Below, piece after piece: positions 25,150-43,100 of a DNA stretch of 64,000 bases. Source of the DNA: the human T2T-CHM13v2.0 reference genome, Homo sapiens. The notes beneath the pieces were generated by a model. The model did not search any database, was not told where the DNA came from, and saw only the letters and a program-made list of their open reading frames with translations. Positions within the stretch are counted from its first letter, which is position 1; every line of letters starts with the position of its first letter. Location: the NCBI RefSeq assembly GCF_009914755.1, contig NC_060927.1; one strand, 5' to 3'. Made by a program: the position numbers and the translations under genes.

Positions 25150-25809
25150 TGCTGGATGCATTTTATAGTGAATTGGGAATGGCAGAAGAAAGAGTCATTG
25201 AACTCAAACAGATCAATATAGGTCTTCCAATGTGAAGGGCAGGGAAAACAGAAAACTTTAAAAAAATGAAAGGGCCACAGTAATATGTGGACCCATATTA
25301 AGCAATCTAACATACATGCAGCTAAAGACCCAAAAGAGGCAACAGACAATGGAGAATAAAAACATATTTGAAGAAATTATAGGTGAAATTTTCTCAAATT
25401 TGGTTAATATCAATTTATGGAACCAAGAAGCTCAGAGAACCCCAAACAAATAAATACTAGGAAAATTAGGGCTAGGCATGCATGATCAAACTGCTAAAAA
25501 CCAAAGATAAAGTTAAAATGTTAAAAGCAGCCAGAAAAAAGCAACACATAATGTAAAAAAGAAATAAATGAATAATAGCTCCTCTTTAAAGACAATGAAG
25601 GTCAGAACACAATAAAATGATACCTCTAAAGTGCTAAAAAAATCCAGAATTCTGTATCTTGTCAAAAATTGTCCACAAAAGATAAAAGTGAGAAAAGACA
25701 TTTTTAGATAAAACAAGATTGAGGCATTTGTTGTCATGAGAATACTACTTGAAGAAATGCTAAATAAAGTTCTAAAGACTGAAGGGAACTTAGATGGAAA
25801 CTCAAATCT

Positions 25810-25857
25810 ACACACACATGAACATGCGCGCGCGCACACGCACACACACACACACAC
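25810..25857. repeat. (CA)n/(CG)n microsatellite
   Basis: Direct observation. Confidence 0.9.
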
Positions 25858-26057
25858 TGAAGAGAACTGGAAAGATCTCTTACCTGTAAAGATACATGTA
25901 AATACAAAATATTATAGAATTTGTAATTCCTTTAGAGGATATATAACTAAAGCAAAAATTATAACACTATGTTACACACTTTATAACACATACAGATATG
26001 TTTCACAAGAATAGCACAAATGATGGGGAGTGGTGTACAATGAAACTATATTGTTAC

Positions 26058-29821
<3,764 letters not shown>

Positions 29822-30081
29822 AGCAAACAATTAGAAAATGAAACAAAAATTTTAATTACAGTCAACAAACATACCTTAGGAATAAAATCAGCATAGGATA
29901 TCCAATACTGTATCATTTTAATGTCTCTATTATTTTAACGAAAAATAAAAATAAAATAATATGATCCAGAAGTAGCAGAAACCACATTGTAGAACTTTAT
30001 AACCAGAAACAAGATTGGTGTAATTAACATAGTAGGGAACTGAGATGAAGTGGCTATCATAATGTTTTGATTCTATTGAAC

Positions 30082-30378
30082 TTTTTTTTTTTTTTGGAGA
30101 AGGAGTTTCATTCTTGTCAACCAAGCTGGAGTGCAACGGAGCAACCTCGGCTCACTGCAACCTCTTCCTTCCAGGTTAAGTTATTCTCGTGCCTCAGTCT
30201 CCTGAGTATCTAGGACTGCAGGTGCCTGCCAGCACGCTCAGCTAATTTTTGTGTTTTTAGTAGAGACAGGGTTTCACCATGTTGGCCTGACTAGTCTGCA
30301 ACTCCTGACCTCAGGTGATCCACCCGCCTTGGCCTCCCAAAGTGCTGGGATTACAGGCATGAGTGATCGCGCCTGGCC
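30082..30378 (-). mobile_element. AluS (Sq/Sp-like)
   Basis: Antisense Alu; TSD tctattgaac (30072-30081) / tctatggaac (30379-30388). Confidence 0.95.
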
Positions 30379-30538
30379 TCTATGGAACTTTTGACAATGG
30401 CTAATTGACCACAGCATTCCTAAGAATAAAATAGATTGACAGTTTACTAAAGAATTACTGTACCTATATAACCAGAAATATTCTAAATCTAGCAATAAGA
30501 AGCTTGATGAATGGCCTTATAGAAAGTTAGAGCTTCTT

Positions 30539-30940
<402 letters not shown>

Positions 30941-33900
30941 CTACAAGTCTTACCCAGAAAGACTTGTGGCCATTTATGATGGTTACTTTGTACTGTGAAA
31001 CCTTTAGAATTCCTAAATATGAGCTAAGTTGAAGCTAATATCTCAATGTTGCATTGTAGTGTAACATTTAATATTGAGGCTTACGGAGAATAGATGATAA
31101 GTAGTTTTGGCCAGGGAACATCTCACAGTAAGTCCAGTGAATCAACATACTCACCCTGTGATCACTCCCAATTTCCAGAATGTATAATCAGAACAGACAT
31201 ACTGAGCAACTGGTAGAATTCCTATACTGACCCCTTGAACTATAGAGTGGTGACTATTATGGCAGAAAGAAGCAAGTGGAGCCTCTGGAACTTCCTCTCT
31301 CTACCAGAATAGTTATTCCAAAAGAAACACCACATCCCACTGGGAATCACAGAGATCAGTAACACAAGACGTGATTAATACAGGAGTGGTAATTCCTATC
31401 ACATACCCATTTAACTCACTCATTGGCCTATAAAGAAGAATGACAATGAATTATTGCAAACTTGATCGGGTGGTGTTCCAAATATAGTATCTTTTTAATG
31501 AAGCAAATCAATACAATCCTTGGCACCTGGTAGGCAGTTATTCTGCCAATTCTCTCTCTCTTTCTCATCTGGGCCTTCAGAATTCATTTCATTTATGTTT
31601 GGGACAGCAATACACCTTCCTTCCCTCTCTTCCCTTAAGGCTATGTTAATTCTCTTGCTTTCTGTCATAATCTAGCCACAGAGACTTAGTCATCTTGACA
31701 TTCTACAAATCATTATACTAATCTATTAAAATGACATTCATGCTGATTGGATATGGTGAAAAGTATAAAACGCCTACCAGTACATGCACTACTAAAAGAT
31801 AGGAGATAAACTCCATTAAAACTTAGAAACCAACCAACTTGGTGCAATTTTCTGGAGGCTTAATGGTCTGAGAATTTGTTAGGACATTGCTTCCAAAATA
31901 AAAGTTGTTTCTGCTCCCTGCATTGCCCACCACTAAGAAAGAGATCCAATCCTTGATAAGTCTCTTGGATTTTAAAAGCAGTATATAACACATCTGAGTG
32001 TGCTGCTCTGACCTGTTTACTGAGTAGCTCACATTACCCCCAGTTTTGTGTGGTGGAACAAAGCAAATGAAGGCTTTTGGGCAGGTTTGATGAAATGCAA
32101 GCTGGTTTGCCTTTAGATCACGTGACCCCAAACACACAATAGTACTTGAGATATCTAAGGCAAGAAAAATACTGTATAAAGCCTCTCGAATTCTCCTAAA
32201 AGAGGATAAATAACAGCACAAGATTCTAGGGTTTTGAAGCAAGGCCACGACCACTTTATGTAGTTATGTTAACTGTTACACCTGTTGAGAGAGAATTTTT
32301 GGCTTATACACCAGGAGAGAATGAATACCTGTCTGTGAAACATCAAATGACCAGATATGAGCTGTTCTTTGTCCATTTGGTAAAGCCAGAAGACTAGGTA
32401 TGTACAGCAGCTCCATCATGTAAAATGGTATATACAAGATCTATTTTGAACAGGTCCTTTGGGCACAAGTAAATTCCATGAGCAAGTAGCTGAGACTCTT
32501 ACTTTACCTCTCCCTCATCTCAAACCTTCAGCATCATAGAAAATCTGTATGACCATTTGACAAATAATAAAAACTTAGGTCTGATTTACAGATATTACTG
32601 CACAATATGCTGGTACAAACTGAAAGTGGCAGCTGCAGAAGTTCAACCCCAATCAGGAGTATCTCAAAAAATAGTAGTCAAGAGAGACCCTCCTAGACCA
32701 TTGAGCAGCACATTTTGTCACCTACTTTGTCTGGATAAGATTATCAGGAACTCGGGTCTACAATGATTCACAGGCAGTGGCTAATGGTTTGGCTACACAG
32801 ATGGTGTTTGAAAAGAACAAGAAAAATATGTCTTTCCCCAGGGAGGTCTGCAGGGAGAGTATGTGGGTGTACCCCTACAAATGGGGATGAGTTGTGTACA
32901 TTTGTGTCCTATGTGATTGCTCACTCATCCCACTCAGGAATGGAGGCTATGTATGAACTCAAAAAGGGCCTCCACCCATCAATCCTAATCTGCCTACCAC
33001 CTCTGCTGAGTAGTAACTTGCCAGCAGCAGGGATCAATGCTGAAAGCCCAATGTGGTGCCATTTTCTGGAAAACCATCTAGTCACATGGTGGCACATTAA
33101 TTACAGTGGATCTCTTCCATCACAGAGGAGCAACAGTTTCTCTCCACTATTAAATAGGCCTTTCTACAGAATGCAAATCAGCCTACTCTGCCCTTTGCCA
33201 TCTGCGGATGTATGAAATGCTTATTCACTGTCTTACCACTCACAATATTGCTTCTGACCAAATAACTCATTTTCACAGCAAAAGAAACATAACAGTGACT
33301 CATGCTCATGGAATTCCAACTGGTCTTACCACATACCCCATCGCTAGATTGATAGAATCATAGAATAGCTTGCTGAAGACTCATTACAGAGCCAGCTGGG
33401 AAACAATACTTGCAAGGTTGGGGTACTATCCTAAAAGATGTTGTTGAATCTATGTCCAACATATGGTACTGTTTCCCCCAAAACTAGTGTACATGGGTCC
33501 AGGAATCAAAAGATGGAAGTAGGAATAGCCCCTTTCAACTTGAAGAATTGATACTTCCTGTCCCTATACTTTCAGGCTCTACTATTTTAAAAAGTCTTAG
33601 ATCCCAAGAGAGAAATATTGTCACTGGGTGACACAACAATGGTTTCATTGAGTTGGAAGTCAAGACTGAGACCCAGTCATGTTGGATTCTGCATGCTAGG
33701 GTTACAACAGGCAAAGAAGTCGATTCTTCTTCTGCCTGGGACGATTAATCTTAACTATCAAGGGGAAATTGTGTTGCTGCAACAAGTGTCCATGTCTAGA
33801 ACCCAACTAGTGGAACCCCTTCTACCTAATAAAAGCAAGTCATGCAGTACTGACAAGGACTCAGATTGTTCAAAGTAATCACACTGACGAAATAGTGTTA

Positions 33901-34439
33901 AGCAAACTCAGGAATGTCACAGAATGAGCATTATGAATAATAAGGCTGATGCTCCTTTTCATGCAGTTAGCACAAGAAAAACCTGAGAGTTCGCATTTAG
34001 CTCAGAGCTAATACAAAGTAAATACGTTGTTGACTTAATTCCATTAAGAAATTGCTTATTTTCCTTTGGAATTTAAAAAACTTTTATTGTAAATTAAACA
34101 GGGGAATGTGTCCTAGAAAGAAACGTGGCTCACCGTTTGGGAGCATAAATGTCCCCCAAAATTGGTCAATAAAAATAAAATGATTTCATAAAAAGAAAGC
34201 AACACTTCAAAGAACCTGGGTCCCAATACTGGGATATAGTTCCCAAGTGACTCTATGTTTCCTTGAGCTTTACCACATATTCACTCAACTTAAGAGTTTC
34301 CCAAAAGAGAGATCTCCCAAGTGGGAAGTGAAATGAGCTTCCTCAGGCAGAAGAAAGAAGCTCTCCATCACCAGAGTACAAGGAGAAGCTGGGAAGCATG
34401 AGTCAGAGATGTTGGGGGGAAGGCTTCTGTATCAACTTA

Positions 34440-34620
34440 GCTCATTTAACTCTCACAACCATCCAGTGAGGTAGATGTTACTATAATTCCCATTTTACTG
34501 AGAGAAAACTGAGGCATAGTGAGCTGAAGAGATTGCCCATAGAAAGCCAGATATAAGAGGCAGAGGCAGGATTTCCATCCAGATCTGGCCAATACCCAGA
34601 GTGTTTTCTTTTTACCTTCA
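34440..34620 (+). mobile_element. MIR
   Basis: ctcatttaactctcacaac...cccattttac.gagagaaaactgaggc. Confidence 0.8.
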
Positions 34621-36049
34621 CCAGGTTGCCCTAATCTTTCTGTTCCCAAAAGATCTGCCAGGTTTGCTTACAGTGCAGTAATTCACGGATCAAGGAATGA
34701 AACATTCCCCAAGAAAATTAGAAGGTCACAGCCAATAGTGACTATGGAAGAAATATGGCTGCAAACTGCAGTGCAATCCTGTGCTTTTGGTAATTCTCTC
34801 AAGAGAAGATGCATTATGTTAGTTTATCATTTTAAATAAATTCTCAACAAGCTGTTTACCTGTCAGTCTGTATCTGTGGGGACTATTTGTGTAACATCAG
34901 ATAAATGAGCAATTAGAGAGTTTAAAGGGCTCTTAAATGTGGTGGAGCTTGTAAACCTGAACTCCCAGGGATGGTAAATGTCACATCAAATGTCTTCAGT
35001 ACATACTCCGTGTCTACCTTTTGTTTCAAAAGCTGGATCATGACACTCTCTATCCTAATCTAAGGACACCTGCCTCCCAGCAGCATATAATGGGAAAACT
35101 GGTGACCTGAGACACAAGTCACTTGGATTCTCGATTCAGCTATTCTTGGGTAACTTTGACCAAGTCAACATTCCTCTGTTATTTTGTTAATAAATTGAGA
35201 GGGTGAAATGAGAATTTTTAAAAGGGTACTCCAACCTCTTACTTTCTATGCCTGTATGGATCTATGACTTTATGTGTAGCTTCATTCTTTACAATTTCCT
35301 AGGCAGGATTCTAAACAAGAGCAAGTTTAGCCCTCAACAAATATTGGTGATCATCATCATCATTATTATTTGATAAAGTAGAAAAGCCTATATGAAAAAC
35401 ACTAGTAAAACTAGCAGAACCAGGATCTAAAATTTGACCATTAAAGACTAATTTATTTGGTTTTAAAAGGTTTAAAATATCTCAGACAGGAGGAATGCTT
35501 TAAGACAATGGATTTTTTTAAAGTAGAAACAATTTTTTAAAAAAGATAAAGCCCTGTACAAACCACAGGTATAAGTGTTTCTGTATGAATTGGGGATTGG
35601 GCAGAGACAGCTCAAGATCCCTCCAGTTAGCCATTATTTGACCCCCACTTGGGCCCCACGGCACTGTCTCAAATACCTAGGATTCCTCAGAGGACAATTT
35701 AAAATGTACTGCTTTAAGCCAACAACAATTTACACTCTTTAACGATTAAAGAGCCAGCAAAGATTAAGATGAGTGATTGGGAATGGAGAAGTGTAGGGTG
35801 AGACAGACTTAAGAATACAAGGGAAAGAAAAGAAACTGACCTTTATTGAGGGCCTTCTGTCCACCAGATATTTTGCTATGTTCTTTAAATTTGCAGTAAT
35901 CGGAAAGAATTGAAATTATAAATATTTTCAGAGGCCCGGTACCATGCCATGGCTTTTTAAAGCCAATCCCTCTATTTGTGCAGCAAATCCCATCTCTACT
36001 ACCCTGCTCAAGACATTGCCCAGAAAGTCTCACCTCTTTCTTCTGTCTC

Positions 36050-36500
36050 AGTCATCTCTCGTCTAGATCACACCCCTAGCTTCCTAATGGCTTCCCCACC
36101 CGTTCACAATGTATTCTAAAACTCACCACCAAAGTGACCTTTCTCAAGACACAAACCAGATCATACCTCTACTGTCTAGTGTCTGCAAATAATTCCCCAT
36201 TATGCTCAGAGTAAAAGCCAAAGTTCTTCACAGGTCTCCAAGGGCCACACGATCTCAACCAGGTCCCTGCCTTCCCATCTTCCCTCACTTTCTCTCTGCT
36301 ATAGCCACACTGGTTCCCTGCTGTTCCTGGAAAATCCCAAGCTTGCTCCAGCTTGGTGCCTTTGCATTGGCTATTCCCTCTGCTTGACACATGGCCCACT
36401 CTCTACTTCCTGAAGCCTTCATTCACTTAAGTGTCCCCTTCTCAACGAGGCCCCCCTTGAATTCCCTATTTAAGATTGCAACCCACCCACCCACTTGAGC
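36050..36500 (+). mobile_element. L2 fragment
   Basis: ctcagagtaaaagccaaagttct...gccacactgg...gcctttgcattggctattccctctgc. Confidence 0.7.
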
Positions 36501-36524
36501 ATTTCAATGTCCTTTCCTTTTATG

Positions 36525-36875
36525 TAAATTTATATGTTGAAGTCCTAACCCCCAGTACCTCAGAATGAGATCTTATTTGGGAATAGGGTAATTGACGACA
36601 TAATTAGGAAAGATAAAGTCATAGTGGAAAAGAGTGGCCCTAATCCAATATGACTGGTGTCCTTATGAAAAGGGGAAATTTGGACACAGAGATGGACACA
36701 CAAACAGGGAGAAAACCTTGAGAAGTTAAAATTGTGCTGCCACAAACCAAGAACTATCAGACGCTAGGAAAGGGGCCTGGAACAGATCATTCCTAGTACC
36801 TTCAGAGGAAGCATGGCCTTACCCACATTTTGACTTCAGATTCCTGGCCTCCAGAACTGTGAGAAAATAAACTTG
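36525..36875 (+). mobile_element. MLT1B-like MaLR solo LTR
   Basis: atatgttgaagtcctaacccccagtacctcagaatg; ccctaatccaatatgactggtgtccttat; ggcctccagaactgtgagaaaataaa. Confidence 0.85.
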
Positions 36876-38233
36876 TATAACATAGTAAACATTAAATTAA
36901 TATTTTCAAATTAATAAATGAAAAAATTTGCCTCCTTTGTGTTCTCAAGAAACAATCATAAAATTCTGCCTTACTTTTTTATGCCTTAGCTCTCAGACTT
37001 TTCTCTGACTCTCCCCCAACCACACCCCACCTTACCTATTTCAACTACCCATCTTCCTACCCCTGGAGACAATAATAACATGTTTGGTCCTAATAGTGAG
37101 AGGAGTGTGATCCAAGAAGGTATAGCTACACTCATGTTGCACATATTTAATTTTCATAGTAGCCCTGTGAGGCAGATATTGTAACACCATTTTACAAATG
37201 GGGGAATTGAGGCTCATAAAATTAAGTGATATGCCTGTAGCATCCTGTGCTTAAAATGTTGACCTTAGCACAGCAGCTTCTCAGAAGAAGGAGTGGCATC
37301 TTCACTTGTGTATTGCGAGCTCCCAGGCCAGGCTGGGCATGCAGTAGGTGCTCTGTGAACACTGCTAACCTCTCCATTGTGTCACCCCTGGCAAATGGCA
37401 AAGCAGGACTGAAACACAGCCTGACATGACAGCTCGCACTCTGGCCATACCCAGAGAACATGGCCCGCAGAACACGGGCCACACCATGGCTTCCTTTAAT
37501 TTTTACTAAAGTTTTTCAGCAGCTTCACCTCCCTACTATCTACCCAAAACAATTTCCCAACCCATGTTAATAACCCTCTGGGCACCCTCACATATACAAA
37601 TGTGCAAATGTAGGGTTTTTGTCTTTCTTTTTTTAATAGGATCTCATGCATACATATGTGCATCTCACTATTCTCATTCAGCAATATTCCTGAAAACTTC
37701 AGGTAAACTGGTTTGACGCTAAATTATTCTTTTTATTGACTACATGGTATGAATGCATCATCATTTATTCAACCTTATGCCATTGTTGGGTGTTTATTTC
37801 CTGGGCTTATTGGTCGGTTTTTTGTTGTTAGTGTTGCTACATAAAACATTTTTATTGGGGTGATATCTATAAATAGATTCCCTGGAGTGAGATTATCATA
37901 TTAAAAATTAAATGTATATATGCTTCTAGTTGTTATAATGAAGACTTTCAAACATGTAATGAACTCTATTGCCCAGTTTCAGCAGTTATCAACTTATGTC
38001 CAATCCAGTTACCTCTAATCTTTTATCCATTTCCCTACAGTGCAGATTATTTTGGAAGGAAAAAGAACAGATTACTTTATTGCTTTATCTGTAAATATTT
38101 CTGTCTGTATCTCCAAAAGTTGAAGACTTTTTTTAGTTTTCTTTTTTACCTCATGAACTAAGACAGAGGACTCTTAAATAACATAATCAATATCATAATC
38201 ACATCTGAAAAAACTAATAATTTCTTCCTCATG

Positions 38234-38382
38234 ATCCTGAGGTCATCTGGGTGTCTCTATCATTAGAATGCTTAGGGATGGCCAGGAGTCTCTCCTGCTA
38301 AAATGCCTGAGGTTGGCCAGGAGTCTCTCCTGTTAGAATGCCTGGGGTCGGCCAGGTGTCTCTCCTTAGAATGCCTGGGGTT
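38234..38382. repeat. 35-bp tandem repeat (~4.3 units), HSAT4-like satellite
   Basis: Units start at 38269, 38304, 38339 and 38372: tgcctggggtcggccaggtgtctctc(ctg)ttagaa. Confidence 0.8.
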
Positions 38383-39054
38383 TTCAATGTTTAATTTTGC
38401 TCAACTGAATCATAAATTTACACATTGTTCAAATCAACATATATATGTTTTATGCATTATAATTGGTTAATATGCCTCTTGTCTCTCAGGTCTCTCTTAT
38501 CTATGCATTCCCTTCTTCACGTATCCATGTCTCTCTGTCCTTCTGTTGGTCCCTGCTCCCCTCCCCTTCTCTCTCTCTCTCCAACCCCCCATGTCAATAA
38601 CTTTGTTGTAGAAACCAGGCCATTTGTCCCGCAGAGATTTCCACAATCTGGAATTTGAAAATTGCGTCACTACAATATTATTTAGCTTATTCCTCTGTCC
38701 CCAAAAATTGGTACTTAGATCTAGAAGCTTGGTAAGATTCAGGTTAGACGTTTTTGCAAGAATACTACAGGTAGTATTGTGTACTTCCATCAGGGGGCAC
38801 ATAATGTCTAATTGTCTCCCCTTGGCGCTATTAGCAGTCACTGATGATCTTGGTCTAGATTCTTCTTTTCAGTAGAAGCGGCAAAGGGGAGATACTTTTT
38901 AATTCTGCCCTTCACTTATTAGCTGGCATACTTCTATCAAGAGGAAATTCCCTTTATCAATTCATTCATTATCCTGAGCTGCAGTTCCTATAAGAAAGTC
39001 TATATAAATTATTCTTTTCCTTTATTTACCAGGTTTAAAAATAATGAATTAGTT

Positions 39055-39325
39055 GGTCAAGCATGGTGGTGACATCTATAATCTCAGCAATTTGGGAGGT
39101 TAAGGCGAGAGGATCACTTGAACCCAAGTTCAAGATGAGCCTGGCCAGTATACGGAGACCTCGTCTCTACATAAAGATTAAAAATTAACCAGACATGTTG
39201 ACATATGTGCCCATAGTTATCTGGGGGGGCTGAGGTCGGAGGATCGCTTGAGCCTGAGTAGAGATCATGCCACTGGACTCCAGCCTGGGCAACAGAGTAA
39301 GACCCCCTCTCAAATAATTATAATA
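39055..39325 (+). mobile_element. AluJ (diverged, internal deletions)
   Basis: gaggatcacttgaaccca and ggaggatcgcttgagcct J-type diagnostics. Confidence 0.85.
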
Positions 39326-39744
39326 GAATTTGTTTTCTAGTGAGAGTTGTTGGGATCTTTGTTTCACTTATCTTTATGAACTCATGGATTTTAAATGTGA
39401 ACAGAGGGTTAATAAAACTCGTGCTCTTTCTCTATGGAAAAATGACCTTGATTTAACTTTCTATATCGGTTTCCCTGGAAACCTAGTAAAGGTGGAATGT
39501 CAGCTATGTTACCAAGCAACATTTCCTATGGTAAAAATGACTTCTAAACTATACCTGCTCTGGGAGAACTGTCAATGAATTATAAATACCTGGTGGGAAT
39601 CCATAGTTTGAACTTCTCTGAATGCAGTGCATTCTTGACACTGTGATGCACCTTGCTAGGACCCCTGGAAGCTAATCCTATGGGATGAAAAACAGATATT
39701 ACCTTATATGGAGAATAAGGCAGTTAAGCCAGATGGCTCCCATA

Positions 39745-40180
39745 CTCATTCTCTTAGACCAAGTTCTGCAAGAAACAGACTGTGTGAGAGAGATTTGCAC
39801 CCAAGTTTACTGGGGAGTGTTTTTGGGGAATGAGGCCAACAGGACTGGACAGATTACTGGGGAGTGCTCTTGGGGAATGTGCTGAACAGGACTGGACATA
39901 GGAAAAAGCTAAACTGTAATATAGTTACAGCTGTAAACTTTAGCCAATTCCTCAAGGACCTCCTCACTAGCGTGGGCGGCCCTTAAAGTTGTCTCAATTT
40001 AGGCAGGGCTGCTCCCTGAATAGGGGAGTAACCCTGGGCAAGAAGGCAGCTTCCCTCCTCTGAAAGCAATTCCCAGCGAAAGATTCAGCTGTGACCTATG
40101 AGCAGCCAACACTCTAAGCAATTAGAGAATGAGTGCCTCAGTCCTACAAAGGTAACTGTGCAGCACACCACAGCATCACT
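39745..40180 (-). mobile_element. ERVL-class LTR (LTR33-like) with an internal 47-bp tandem duplication
   Basis: gagatttgca...tttactggggagtg...gcaattccc...cagctgtga...cagccaacactc. Confidence 0.6.
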
Positions 40181-43100
40181 ATACCCACTCATTTGGCTTC
40201 ATTTCTTCACACCTGACCCTGCCCTGCTGGAGTGCTGTTTTTCCTGTTCTACTGTTTATCTTACATTTCCTGCCCAGATCGGGAATCACTCATTCCTCCA
40301 AAATGCCCTACTTCCTTTTAGTCATACTCAGAGACTACTTTGGGGAAAAAACGAGACCCATTACTACTGGGTAAGTCATGGTCTCTGGGCCTTTTATGTG
40401 GCCAGTGTTAGAAATATTCTTTTTTCCAGATAAAATACATCGTGGGTTGATATTGATATTTCAGACTCAAATTCAGGACTATAAGATTTTCCTGACTTCA
40501 GGAGTTGCCCATCGGTCTGTCCTTTCTATGTCAAAAATTCTGATTCACATTGACATCAACATAATTCATCATTTGTTTTATTGTATAATACATGCACAAC
40601 ACTTTCAGAATAACACTACCCCTAACAATATGACTACTGAAATAATTTTTAAATTATCTTTGTTTTATTTGTTTTTAGGGATAAACCCCACTGGAGATGT
40701 ACAGTAAAATTACTGCGCTCTAAACTAACTTGAAATAATTCCCCACCAACTTAGTTTGTACTTACACTCATTTGTTTCACTTTGCTTTTTTTACAATTGC
40801 TCTTTTTACTTTTGTTTATAATTATGTAAAATATTTTGATGATTTTAAAACCACTTCTTTAAGTTGAGATATGCAGTCCCTTCCACTCTGTTCCCACCTT
40901 TGATCATAAATCTAAGCTTTTGGTTTATCTTTCCATATCATATGAATATATAAAACAGAGACCTAAGATGTTTACTGAGATGAATGGTAGCATATTATAT
41001 GTACATTTCTACACCTTGCTTTTTTCACTCAATAATATATCTTTAAAACCAGTTTAGAATGCTAGACAGGGGTTTTTCTTGTTGTTATAATAGCTGCAGT
41101 AGACACCATTGTGTGGACGCACCCTAGTTTATATAACCAGTTCCTACTGATGCATATTCAGATTGTCTCTAGTTTTGTGCACAAATAATGCCATAATCAT
41201 CCAATAAATGATTTTTATTTTTGTCCATGTATCTTTGGGAAAGATCCTCAGAAATAGTATTGTTAAGTCAACAGGTAAATGTAATTTAGAGAGTTATGTC
41301 AAATTCCCTTCTAATAGGGTTTGTGTCATATAACATTCTCACCAGTAATGTATGGGAACGCCTGTTCCCTGAGTTTCGCTATGGAGTGTGTTCACAGTTT
41401 TTTTGAATTTTGATAATCTGATGGGCAAAAAATGTTATCTCAGTCTAGTTTTATTTTGCATTTCTATTATGAGCAAAAGTGAGCACATTTACATACAGTT
41501 ACAGGCCATTTATGTTTTTTCTGTAAACTGTCATATTCTTAGCTCATTTTTCTATAGGAGTCTTGATCTTTTTCATTTAAAATTTTAAGAAGCTTTCAAG
41601 ATGTTAAGGAAATCAAATCCTTGCCTATGATGCAGGCCACAAATTATTTCTAATTTTTTATTGGTCTTTCTACTTTGTTAGTGGGGTTGGTATTCTTGTG
41701 GGTGTTTTTTTTCTTTTTTTCTTTTTGCTGGCTCTGTCCTTTAAAAAATTGTTGTTGTAATTATCAGTTTTTCATTATCAATCTTTTTCCTTTATTGCTT
41801 TTGTATTTTGTGTCATAATTAGAAAGTTTTTCCCCAATCCCAGGTAATAAAGCAATTAACACAAGCTTTCTTCTATTACTTATAAGATTTTTTTTAACCA
41901 CATTTAAATCTCTGATCCTTTCAGAATTTTCCCTGGTGGATAGTATGAGAAATGGATCCAATTTTGTTTTTATACATAAGTCTATCCAGTCCTCCTAACC
42001 CCATATGTTAAATACTCCTTTTCCATCACTGATTTGAAAAGATATCATTATCAGACATTAAATTTCCATTTGCAATTTGGTCTATTTGAATTTTTTTATT
42101 CTAGCAGTCAGTCTATTATTTTACCACTACCAATACTGTTTGAAATGAAAAGTTATTGTGTTTTAATATTTATTATAACATTGTAATATTTAATACAGTA
42201 TTTATTGCACATGGGTTTCTCAAATCTTTAAAGATTTATCAGAATTCCCTGTCAAAAAATATTTGGTCCTGGCGCCCATTTGTGGGAGAGCTCATTTGTT
42301 ATTTTCTCTACTGATTCTATGACAGTTGGTCTGTTTAGACTTTCTATTACTGCTGGGATCAATATGGCAAGTTGCATTTTTCTTAAAAAATGTCCATTTC
42401 ATTTAGGTTTCACAATTAATTTGTTTCCATAGTTGTACACAATAGTCCAGTATAATCTTTTAGAATTTCTGTTTTGATTATTACATGTCACTTTTATTTT
42501 GCGTATTTACACTTTCTCCATTTTTTTTCTGCTAGATATGTGGGTGTTTTGACAATGCAGTTCATTTATTTTTCAAAGAATAAACTTTTTAGTTTATTTG
42601 TCATTTGTTTGTCGACAGAAGTTTTCTGATGCATTAATTTCTGCTTTTATCTTTATTAATTTCTTCCTTCTGCTCTTTGTTTACCTTGTTCTTTTACAGG
42701 CTCTTTGAATTGGGTCTTAACTCACTTCTACTTTTTATTTTTATTGATAAAGATAGTTAATATTATAAATTTTTCTTTGAAGACTGCTTTATATAGATTA
42801 TAATAGGTCATGCTTTTATTATTTTATCTATAATAAATTATGCAATTTTTTTTGCATTTTTGCTTTGATCTAAATGTTACTTAATATATGTTTTTTTAAG
42901 TTCCTGGGAGGAAGATCCTTTGGATATTTCCTTTCCAGCATTAATTTCATTAATTTTTTCATTGTGACCAGAAAATATTATTCCTACTCCTTGGAATTTA
43001 TGGAGGTTTTCTCTGATTGCTAAAATATGGTTAATTTTCATGAATGACTCATGTGCATTTGTTTTTGCTTTTTAAGTTTTAAGTTTGGGGGTACATGTGA

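Larger units (their letters stand above)
37500..43050 (-). mobile_element. Mosaic of old L1M (L1MC/ME) antisense fragments hosting younger insertions
   Basis: T-rich degenerate L1M 3'UTR and ORF2 motifs; ORF 41764-41961 gives an L1 ORF2-like peptide. Confidence 0.6.

Noticed and set aside
33880-35050. Non-repeat AT-rich stretches with homeobox/forkhead-like motifs
   Set aside because: Enhancer function cannot be supported from sequence alone.
38234-38382. CRISPR-like periodic array
   Set aside because: Head-to-tail tandem units with no unique spacers; eukaryotic context.
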